This document shows positions 39,677 to 52,100 of a DNA stretch of 64,000 bases, in pieces. Numbering within the stretch: the first letter of the stretch is position 1; every line of letters starts with the position of its first letter. The position numbers and the translations under genes are program-made. The stretch is from Haliotis rufescens (Eukaryota): the NCBI RefSeq assembly GCF_023055435.1, contig NW_025964354.1:2108001-2172000 (forward strand), in the 5' to 3' direction. A model generated the notes under the pieces. That model did no database searches. It saw only the letters and a list, made by a program, of their open reading frames with translations, and was not told the origin of the DNA.

Positions 39677-41635
39677 ACACATTTTATCACATTCTAAATC
39701 AAAGACGCACCGATTATGCACAATGATCAATTACTTATACAAATGCTACAGTATCCTTACATAACATTCCCCCAAAGCTGGAAACACAAAGGATCTCACT
39801 GATGTGTCTTTTCATTTCAAATATATCAACACGATTCTAAAAAGAGAAAAACTTCCAAGGCTTGAGCGATGATAAAGACAGGCGAGTATTTATCATCCAA
39901 AATCACAGTCATGGTATGTGACAATAGATCCATTGAGTTCATTGTGTTCATTATGAAAAACACACAGAAGATATTAACTAGAGTTCAATATATTTAATTT
40001 AAATAGTATCTACAGGTTTCCAGATCATCTATGCACAGAACAAAATAGAATTTATCACATTATTAACCATTCACCCAGTGATTATACACAATGATAAATA
40101 ACATATGCATGTATATGTACAAATATTACATATATTCTCCAGTATCCTTACATAACATTCCCCCAAAACTGGAAATACAAAGGATCTCACCGATGTGTCT
40201 TTTGACATCAAATATATCAACACGGGTCTTTAAAGTGTAAAATCCAAAGGCTTGAGCGATGGTCAAGACAGGTGGGTGAGATTTTATTTATCATCCAAAA
40301 TCATTCTTCCAACTTTTACATTTTGTAAACAGTAATAACTAGTGTCTTGAGTGTAACAAATACAGCTAACCATCTTCAGTAGCAGAGAGTATTGATGTCA
40401 TTTGATTGTGATGTCCATGTAAATAAAGATATTACAATAGTGTGTTTGGATAAATGTACATAAAAAAACAAATATTCACTCAACTCTCCCTCGTTAAACA
40501 ATCATTTGATCAACATAAAAGCAAACTAATGTGTCATGATTTATGTTTATTTGAGTCGTATCAAGACACTTTTGCTGAACAATAACTATGTCAGTCAACG
40601 TTGTCATGCAATGAAGCAAATATATTCAACTGTGAGTATTGAACTTTCCACAATAATGTTTGCGCTAGTCGAAAGAGAGGATCAAGTGTATATAAAACCA
40701 AATTAAAAATGCATTATCTGCCATACGACGTTTGCTAAGTGGGTCAGATGACTTTAATGGTTGATCTGTTAGTTTGGCGAAATGAGATATATGTGTGTAT
40801 GATATACAATATTTATACTCGTACGTGCCCAGGTACTCTTCATACGGCTACGTCATTTGCAGCCAGCTGTACAGCAACATCCTCTACAACATCAGCGAGT
40901 GAAAGTGAGGGGAATTGTGGTGCCGACCTTGTCCCAGATGCATCCACTGCTGAATATCACCGCTCGTAGTTACCAGCTTATACGTAGTTACTCCACTGTC
41001 ACAAAAGCAGGCTTCAACTGGAACATATCACATGTTGTCAAGCCTCGCTAAACACAATGTTTCTTCCTGAAACAGGATATTACCAACTCCAAATACACTC
41101 ACGTTATCGCTTCTATTCACGTTCACATATCAATACTATCAAGTATAACTATTCAGACCAACACCACGGTTTGAGGGTGGAAGTATGCATATTTCTGTGC
41201 GTCTGCACGCGGCTTGTTATGCAATACTTTATCAAAGTGCTTTTATTTGTAATGGAAACGTTTCATGAAATTCCTTCCGCTCTCCCTTGGTGTTCTTCCG
41301 CTCTGCCATAAGTGAAAAATGTGGTTAATAGTAAAAACCAGGCTTCAATTGGAATATGTCACATGCGGTCAAGCTTCGCTCAATACAATGTTTCTTCCTA
41401 ATACAGGATAGTACCATTTCAAAACACACTCGCGTGGTAACATCTATGTACGTTTACTACATCACCATCAAGTGCAACTAATAAGACCAAAGCCACGGTG
41501 CAAGTTTGCATATTTGTGTGGGTCAGCACGCGACATGTTATGCAATATATTATTTAGAAAGGACACGTTAAGAGGTTGCGATCAGTGAATTAGCTTGTAT
41601 TCCCAATATCGAAGTATGGAACATTCTGATAATAG

Positions 41636-41910
41636 TGAGTGAGTTGGGTTTAACGCCGCTTTTAACATTATTCCAGTTATATCACGGCGTGTCAGCTTAA
41701 TGTGGGAGGAAAGCCCGAAGTGATGCAGATATCTGACGTTTACCACTTCGGTGAAACCCACGAGCACGGGTATGTTGCTGACAAACCTAGAAACATAATC
41801 GGGGCGAACCGGGATTCGAACCCACAATCATAGGTTTCTGGCGTGGCCAAGGGATGCAACTCTGCACAGCGAATCGCGGCGCCTTAGACGACTGAGCCAC
41901 CCATGCCCCC
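41636..41910 (-). mobile_element. SINE family B, full length (tRNA-Leu-like head, V-domain-like body, tail shared with SINE A)
   Basis: 14-bp TSD CATTCTGATAATAG at 41622-41635 and 41911-41924; empty sites near 11327 and 25958. Head reads GGTGGCTCAGTCGTCTAAGGCGC...GTGGGTTCGAATCCC. Confidence 0.9.
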
Positions 41911-43150
41911 CATTCTGATAATAGACTACATATATAACACGATTGTGTAAAAGACTTGCTATTAAGTCAGTGACAAGCCGTTACAGGTAACGTGATCAGG
42001 GTGACGCCAGAGAGTCATCGTCAAGTTCCCAGTGAGACAAATTCATCAATCAGTACAAAGCAATGAATAGTGCAGCAACTTGACATATATACTTAATTAT
42101 TGGCGTCCAAAAGGTATTGCCTTGTAGCAGACTTTATAAATTACATTTGTCAAACTATCCTTTCGTCTACGTTCAAGTATGGCCCATGCGAGAAAATTAT
42201 TTTCTAAGTATCTAAGTATGAGAATGTTCGTGACCCAAATTGACTCTTTCACCCTTTTGTACTCTTATTAGCTACATCCCAGAGGAAGGAATTGCTCATA
42301 GCAGAGAAATATTTGTTGAAAACCTAAAAAAATATCCATTTTGTTATTTTATACATTTTAGTCTTAATTATGCATTTAGTGCTTTTCAGTAGTCCCACTT
42401 GTTGAAATGAAATGAACAAAGTTCACATCAATATTAACTAGGGTTAACATCCATGGTTATGAACTGTTTGATAGGAATTACATAGAAGCTGACGGATGAC
42501 AAAGTAGACCCAATTTATGGATAACAAATTCGTTATCAACTGTAAAGGCGGCGTTTCGGTATAGATCCTTGAACCGTTTTCAAGTTTAAATGTTTTCCTT
42601 ATTTGTTACATTATGCATATTCGCAGTCAGAAAGGATCCTTATTCAACCTTATGTGTTGAAGCCATTGCCAAGACTAGTGTGATCATGAAGTCGAATTTT
42701 CAAGTGACCCACTTAATTAAGACAATGTACAGAGTTACGTCCAATAGTCGTCCGAGGATCCCAAATTCTCTCTGATTACGATTATTGTTCTGTCAGCACA
42801 ACATCCTTGCTCTCTGGTTTCACAACAATCAATCTTTGCTCTTTCCCGCTCATTAAGCTGACACAGTGTAATACAACCTGAATACTGCTTAAAGCCCCGT
42901 TAAACCAACTCTCTAACACACAGGCACAATAATGTACACAACGACCGCCTTAACATGACATAGATATTAATGCGTGGTTGACGGGTATATATGTGTTGTT
43001 GCTTTGTGTCAAACTCACAGTAGAACTTACCCCTGTACCCACCACCCGGAAGTTGAAAGGCTCACCTCAAGTAGATATACCCGACTACCATACCAACATG
43101 TGTGTATGTCAGTTCAGGGAAGTCTACACATAGTCTGTGCAAAATCCTTC

Positions 43151-46100
43151 ATGGAGATCAAAATACGTCATTTGTGGATTATTATCCTGATCTCATGTGG
43201 TGCTAGATGTAAGTATATGTGAATTATATACTTGAAAATAGTACAGTTGAACTGCTTCACTGCACACAGCCCAGCAGAGCGAACATTCTCGTGTGTGCTG
43301 TTCAGCAGAACGTACATTCTCGTGTGTGCTGTCCAGTAGAACGTACATACTCGTGTATGCCATTCTTTGGAATGAATCAGATTCCAATCAATCTTTCAAT
43401 AAATATTTTCTTTCAGTCTTGTGATCGTTAAACTCTAGCAATAACAACCTGACTAATGTAATGCACAGGACTTAACAACAAGCCGGCCTCCATGCGTTAA
43501 CCCTCTAACGTTCAGTACGTGATGTCCTCCGATTACATGCTTTGTCACACATGTGGCTGTTCACAAGAGATTTGTTCTAAACGGTTGGACGATGTGTACA
43601 TATAACATGTAGGTAATCGAAGGTGTCGACGTTCCTCTGTCCCGTATTCACCAGTGTTAATACCGGCATATACAACTCACTGTGCGATAACGCACCCATT
43701 GTATGTGTAATTGAATGCTAAGCCATGTATGTAAAGATGCATAGAAATGAGAGGAAGTTAATCCCCGGGCAGTGACACCATATCAGCCCCTCTGTGTACA
43801 GGTGATATCACTTTAGTATTATTTGTCATTCAAACAAGCACAATGACACCACCACGGGGCGGTCGGGTAGCCTTGTGGTTAAAGCGTTCGTTCGTCACGC
43901 CAAACTGTGAGTGAGAGAGTGAGTGAGTGAGTGAGTTGAGTTTAACGCCGCTTTTAACAGTATTCCGGTTATATCGCGGCGTGTCAGCTTAATGTGGGAG
44001 GAAAGCCGGAAGTGATGCAGGTCCCCGACGTTGACCACTTCGATGAAACCCACGACCACGGGTATGGTGCTGACAAACCTAGAAACATAATGGGGGCGAA
44101 CCGGGATTGGAACCCACATAGGTTTCTGGCGTGCCCAAGGGACGCAACTCTGCACAGCGAATCGCGGCGCCTTAGACGACTAGGCCACCCGTGCCCCGTC
44201 ACGCCAAAGACCCGGGTTCGATTCCCAACATGGGTACAATGTGTGAAGCTCAGTTCTGGTGTTCCCGGCCATGAAAGTTCTGGAATATTGCTAAAAGTGG
44301 CATAAAACCATACACACTCATCCACTTGCTCACTTGCTGTAGAGTATGAATCCGTTTATTTAATAGTAGAAGTATCAGAAAAGTAGAAGAAGAATACCCT
44401 GTAAACATAATAATATTGAATTTATCACATTTAGAAATAACACAGTATAGCACATGTCACAGTAGTATCACAGATACAAAACAAAGGGAGATAAGCGATA
44501 CCTTACTTCTCACATCTAACAAGAAATAAATAGTATTACATTGAAGACAACCACTTTCATATGTTCAATAGACGTTTTTGGCTAGAACTTTAGTTCATAT
44601 ATACTACTATCCATTCTATGCCATAATAACATTGAACTTTTTTACAAACAATATATATGCTAATCTCATGTCCACTCTCTTTAGTACAACCTCTCATCTT
44701 TAGCTCGACATCATTAGTACGACACCACGAGGTACATTCTCGTTGAGGCAGATGATCCAATCAGCAAACCAAAATCCTCAATATCATAAATAAGATTCAC
44801 ACTAACATGAAATACATGTGCTATTCATTAACCTGGCCTAAACGAAGAACAGGTAAGAGAGAATACCATGTACAATACCTTTGTTAACAAAACTGTATAA
44901 CACAAACAGGAAACGGTTTTGTGCAAATTCTATTGAATTTTTATATACAAAATAAAATACAACTTGAAAACATCCATAAATTCCTCACTGTTGCAGATAA
45001 CCAGTGTTTGCATGTATAGCAGTACCAACTAACTGACTCTATGTTAAAGTGGTCGCTGAGATTGTGCAGGTTCATTCGGGATATTTCACATTCTCAATTT
45101 GCACTTACACAGGTTTTATACGTATTTGAAACGTTAGGGTATTTGTGTTCAATGTGTTGAAAAGTCGACTTTTTCTAGTCACAGATTGCGAGAGTGTCAT
45201 CGTTAGAGAGACGGAAACGGCCAGATTCAGGTGGCAGGTGCCACGAGGGACATCTGTCCTTGCAATGTATGTGCTGAACCCAAATGGGACCGGCGTCCTC
45301 CTCGCTAACACAGCAAACCGGCACCTTGTCGGCGGGGCTTGTGTCCTTTGATATGAACAATGTCAGCAGATCTGATGCTGGGACTTACACTTGTGGTAAC
45401 GGAGGACTGAGTGATATCATTCCGAACTGTGGACAGACGCTCGTTGTTCTAGGTGAGTGTATATCAATGCAATTCGATTTTTAGCCCTACATTTCCATCC
45501 TCAGATGCTGAGAGTCAGACTACAGCCATCGCCTACCCTGGAGATAACAGTACAGTCAGCTTCCTCATCCCACAAGGTGGTCTTGGGACAGGATCTTCAT
45601 TCTACTTTGTTACACCAAGTGGTGTGATAGCCTTTATTCTTACAGCATCGGACGTATTCATAGCCACAGATCCATATAAAGATAGAGTAATTTTGGAAGG
45701 CAGCTATTCCTCGAGGAACATCACATTTGTGCTGAAGAACATTACAAGATCGGATGCAGGACATTATAATTGTAGCACTGCGGGGTCTACCAGTCATATA
45801 CCGAACTGTGGCTTGAAGCTTATAGTCATCGGTATGTTGTTTACATTTGATAAATCAACCATGTGCATACGATATGAATGTGTTTCAGGAGCCAACTCAA
45901 ATCAGAATAGAAAGTATTGTGTGTCTTCCTCACCTGACTCTAATAATATATAAAATGACATAATATAAACAAATAAACGACTTATCATAGCAAAATTTGT
46001 GTGTCTTGTAAAAGCGTGCCAACAATCATTTCAGGTGAGCCAACCAAGCCAGTCACATCACTTCAATCAACTCCCGTGGTTGGCAGGAACGTCACAATGA

Positions 46101-49100
46101 CGTGCTCATCTACATCTACAACACTGCCTGCAGATCATGGACTGACCTTCACCTACACCTGGAAGATAGATGGTGTCAACATTAACTCGCCAGGTGGCGC
46201 TAGTCTAACAGTTCTGGTTGAGAGTCATGACCCACAAGATATCACCTGCCACGTGACAGAGGATGAGGGCCTGGGGGGAGATAGCGACGTTCTGATGATA
46301 ACTCCTGACTGTAGGTATATAACTATAGATTACCAGATACACATCGGTATGTGGTGGTACTTGTTGTTAGACAGTGTAACCACAGTGGAATGTCTACAAC
46401 TTTGAACTGCATACAAATGGTGTAATGCCAAGGTTACCGTCACTCTGAACACTATTCCGATTGAATTAAACTGAACAAAGATAGATTATACTTTTCCTAA
46501 CTTGCCTGTACAGCACAAAGTGGAAGGTTCATAATGTATATATAAATACTCAATAGTGTAATATTACTTGCTGAACAAAATACCCTGTAATGATAAATTT
46601 GCTATTTGAAAGCACTACTGTACGTGTGTATTGGGAAAGTGTTGCTTGGTTTGTAATATATATTATAAAAAAAAGGCTTTGAGTTTGAATTGATCATAGT
46701 ATACACATGCCCAACAGTTAAGCGCCACCGACCATTTTTGTGAGCTGTTACTTTTGGCACTTAATGATGACTGTTATAACGAGATGTATGTACGAGTGTT
46801 ATAAGCCGTATATGTAAACCTCATGTGATGCAAAAGTTGTCCCAAAGCAAGTTTTTCTTGTGTTCCAAAAGAATATGAGCAGAATGGACTTTTACCGAAG
46901 ACCAGAAATTGAAGGATTAGAAAACATTGAAAAACTTTTTCTGTCATGTAACTGTCATGATATCAGCAGATCAAATCAGTTGTCACATAGACACCCTAGG
47001 GAGTGCAGAGTCTATTGCAAGACAGAAACGTCAGTAACGTGTGTATGATCCACGGACATTGACCACAGCTTCAACCCTACGCCCTCATACTCATTACAAG
47101 TCGTTGAATGCTTCTCTGAGGCAAACGGATCCATTCTTCATGAAGTGCGGCTTCAAGTCCAGCGAGATTTTGAACTGGGGGATCACTATGTCTGATTTTC
47201 CGGCCAAGAATGTCCAAGAGATGCTCAATCGGATTAAGATCCGGACTACAGGCCGGCCAAGGAAGAGTAACAATAGCTTCTTGACGCAAATAAGCCAAAA
47301 CTGCCCGAGATCTTTGTGGTCTAGCATTGTCGTCCATGTAAACAGGTCTTGTCTGAAGAGGATGGTTGTCAAAATGAGGGACTACCACTGGACAAAGAAC
47401 GGCATCTTGGCATTGTTAGCAATTTAGGTTTCCAAGAATTGTCACCAGCGGAAGTTTGCAGCCGAAGGAAACACAACCCCCTGCCACATGCTAAGGTCTT
47501 CTGGATGTTACTTGGTGCAAAACGAGCATTACGTTGCCTCCAAACACGTATTCGACCATCAACAGTTCGAAGCAGCATTCGACACTCGTCAGACCAATGG
47601 ATCCTTCTCCAGTTGGCCAAGTTCCATCGACTATGGGCACGACACCATATCAGACGATTCCGCATGTGCCTCTCAGTCAGTTGAGTGAGTGAGTGAGTGA
47701 GTGAGTATGGTTTTACGCCGCTTTTAGCAATATGCCAGTTCCATCGACTATGGGCACGACACCATATCAGACGATTCCGCATGTGCCTCTCAGTCAGTTG
47801 AGTGAGTGAGTGAGTGAGTGAGTATGGTTTTACGCCGCTTTTAGCAATATGCCAGCAATATCACGGCGGGGACACCAGAAATGGGCTTCACACATTGTAC
47901 CCATGTCGGGAATCGAACCCGGGTCTTTGGCGTGACGAGCGAACGCTTTAACCACTAGGCTACCCGACCGCCCCCAGTCAGTTGAGGACGTTTTACTGGT
48001 CTTCTGGCGTTATATCTGATGGATAATTCACTGCAGTCTTAAATCTGTTCATGTGGCAAATGGATTTCGTCTGACTATCCTTAAAAGACGTCTATCCTCT
48101 CTGTTAGAGGTCTTTCTTGGACTAAGACTTGGACATCATTGGTTTGACCATGTTTGACAATCAAACGAGTGATAACACTGATGACGACCCATTTGCAGTG
48201 GCCATGCATGACATGCCAGCAATTTTCATGCCTATCACTTGCCATCTTTCAGCGTTCGTTTCCTTTCCTTGTGGTATCTGGACAGATGTGGGTTCATGAA
48301 ACATGAGGCCTAATTCAATCATATTTCGTATTTCTGATTCCCACACGTGAAATCAAGAGACTATGAATATGGTGGCGCTTAATTTTTGTGCATGTGTATA
48401 TAACACTATATATATTTATATTCTAAAACGACACATGTGTTTCTCCATGATGATACAAATGGAACGTTTAGAAGAACGTTTTCAGTATTGAGTTATATTT
48501 CTAATTATTTGACTTTACAATCGAATTGCAATTACTTTCGTTTATGTAACTAAAAACCAAGTTTGAATTGATTCGTAGCACTGATCTTACAGATCCTCCG
48601 TACAATGCCAGCATCTCGTCAACATCTGTACAAGTCAAGGAGGCTGACGTCGTACCCCAGGTCACGTGTGTCAGCACGTGTCGACCTGCATGCTCATATT
48701 CCTGGAAACAAGGATCTCAGACAGTCGTGACTGGACAGGTCCTCAGTCTTGGAGCAGCAAACAGGACCATGGCTGGCAGCTACGTGTGCACGGCAACTAA
48801 CACATATGGCATAACACAGAGTCCTGCTGTTTCACTTGATGTCCAATGTGCGTATGGCTGCATTTCATGTTAGAGTAAACCATGCTTGTGATAAGAGGCG
48901 ACGAACGGGATCTGGCCCTCTGACTTGCGTAGATCGATGCTCATGATTTCAAACACTGGATTGTCTGGTCCAGAAACGATTCAACAACAACTGGCGTTAA
49001 ACAACAAACAAATCATGTATAATAAAATAGAGTCTGGATCAGACAATATAGTAATTGACATCATGAGCATCAATTTACGGCAATTGTGATAACAGGACAA

Positions 49101-52100
49101 ACAACCAAAGATATAACATCACCACGGCTGATCACCCAATCCCTCTGGTCGCCTTTTACGATCCATTGTAAACCGGAAACTTCACGACGTGCTGAGAATG
49201 ATTATTAAAGTGAATGAAGCATGATGACATGCTGGAACTAGTTTGTATGAAATATGGAATATAAACCACAGGTGGTCAAATTTACTTGAGTGAGTGATAA
49301 TGGTTTTACGCCGCTTTGAGCAATATATTCCAGCAATATCACGGCGGGGGACAGCAGAAATGGGCTTCGCACATTGTACCCATTTGGGGAATCGAACCCG
49401 GGTCTTCGGCGTGACGAGCGAACGCGTTAACCACTAGGCTACCCCACCAACCCCAAACTTACTTGATACATCATATATATTTACAGAGATGCTTTGCATA
49501 TTTCAGCGTCTTCACTGTTGTATTGACATATTTTATCTAAAATGAAGTGAAGATACATATCACAATGTTTCTTAGTTTGCATAATTTAGACAAGTCGCAT
49601 TACAACTACGACGGATGGACAAAGTAAAGGTATAATTTAAATCCGCCTTTCACTCTTCAGATAAACCATCTGCAGTTTTAATGGCTAATGGTCAGTCCAA
49701 TGCAGCTGGAGTTGACGAAAGAGGCTCTGTGGTTCTGTCATGCGCAGTAGACAGTAATCCTTTCTCCAGCATCTCCATCATGAACGGCACTATTCGACTG
49801 AACCACGTGACAGAGGCAGCCACCGCCAGTTTCAACTGGACTGGAGCGGATTGTCTTGACGGCAGCGTCTACACGTGTCTTGCAAGGAACATAGTTGGTG
49901 AAATGACAGCATCAGTAACAGTAAATATAAAATGTAGGTACCTTGATGAGACTCTAAAGGTATCTGGTTTAATAACCAAGATATTCACACATCTATTGAT
50001 ATATTCTACAGCCACGTATGCCACCTGGAAGTAGTATGTCCAATATTGAGCGTAAATTTTATGGGAAATTAGAAGGTGATATGTTGACTCATATCCTCAT
50101 ACTGACTTGTCAAGAAGCAATGTATTTGACAAGAAGGACGACTTTTCGATAAAGAAACTGCATTGATGTATAAAACTATAAAGTCACTGTCATTGCAATA
50201 AAATACTTGACAAAGAAATATTTTCAATGCAGGGAGAAACACGTGAAAAGAAATACTTTATACATTGAAGGTTCCCCGCGGCTCAATTTCCAATACCCCA
50301 CAGGGAGGGACGTGTATGTTGACATAGGACAGCCAATCAGATTACAGGTGTACATCCTGGCCTTTCCACAACCGACTTTCACCTGGTTTAAACAGAATGG
50401 AGGTAGTGCAGAACCTGTCGACCTGTCAAAATGGCGCCAGTATGACGAGGCCATGACGTCATATATTGTCACAGATATTGTTGAAGAGACGGATTATGGA
50501 GTATATAATGTAAACGTCACAAACACACTTGGAAGATTCCGAATGCAATTTCAACTTGGAAAGAAAGGTGGGTTTGAACTAAATAATTGAACTAACTGAA
50601 ACAAAATATACCTTTGACTGAAATAACACAAACACGCACCATTATAGTAATTCATTATCATGTGATCATGTTTCCTTATTGAATCTATGGTATTTTCTTT
50701 ATCTTTACATACAGCACCACTTTCTGTACCGGAGAACTTCCAGTGTCAAAACAAAGCCGGCAGCTACATCCTTCAGTGGACACCGGGTGGTGATGATGAG
50801 ACAAGAGGCGTAGGGTTCCTGGTGGAACAAAGACTGCCACAGGCTAACTGGACCACAGTCTCCGCCACTGTTGCAAGTGATGGTATGATGAGACAGGTGC
50901 AGTTTCCTGAGTCTGGAGACAGGACAGTCTTCTTCAGGCTCTATGCTGCAGAGGGCGCTGCAAGGACGTCACCAGTGACAGCGTCATGTACATCATTCAC
51001 TGTTGCAGTCGACAATGGTATGTCAGACCGATACTATATTTCAATGTTCATTGTATGAATATTTTTGTGCTCACTTTTATAACTTTTTAACTTTTTTTTC
51101 AATAAACATATCCTTAATGTTTCAGAGATCGTAGAAACATGATTATCAAACTTCATTACGCTTTAATCGTTGTTGAAGTTTTCATTTCCTTCCAGGTAAA
51201 ATATGATGCACGTCAAGATCAGATAGACAAAGCGAAAACATTTTATTGCTCTTACGGGGGCGTTCACCATCCAATTTCATTCGTGTGATATTCAAATACT
51301 ATTACTTACGATAGGCTCCGATATCATGCTTCTAAAATTTGACTTTGTTTTGAAAGATGAAGCTATCTAAACTAACATCCCTTTCTCTGTGTTCAGGTGA
51401 GCTATCGTTCGGGGTAGGTGTGGGCGTTGGCCTTGCTGTTGCAGTAGCTGCTGCAGCAGTGTGCCTGGCTGTAGTTTGTATCTGCAGAAAGAAGCGACTG
51501 TCACTAAGGAATGGTATGTATACATGGCTTATCAGGATAGGAGATACACGTTTCCCTGAGACAAAGCACTAGCTCAGTTTATATTGCCACATGATATGGA
51601 TGACAGTTCACTCAGACGACTCTCGAAATATGAGCGAACACACAACATGAACAAAGTATGTAGCTGATGTGGCTTAACAATGCTGTTGAAGGTTGTCTGA
51701 GGAAGCGGATCAGTAATGTTCGTGGCAAGTTCATTCTACAGCTGTACATAATGTGAACATTCGTCTAAATCTACCACATCAACACTAAAGCTATAAATGA
51801 TGCATGGTAATAGGAGGGTAAGAACCTAAGACGTGGATGATGATGAAAGTGAAGCCCAACTCCAAAGAACTTGAACTGAGAAAGAGATACCAGTTTGACA
51901 TAGTCAGAGACCTAATCCTGATACCATGTTTAACATGTTTGTGATATTTCAAAATGGATACTAGGGTACCAGCCTGATATTGGTATCGGCTTGTCATTAT
52001 GACATAACTCTTGCATTATTAGTGAGTGAGTGGACAGGTTCTTTAAGACGCATCAGCAATATACCAGGTATTTGCGACAAAGTATGGACAATAAGTGGAC

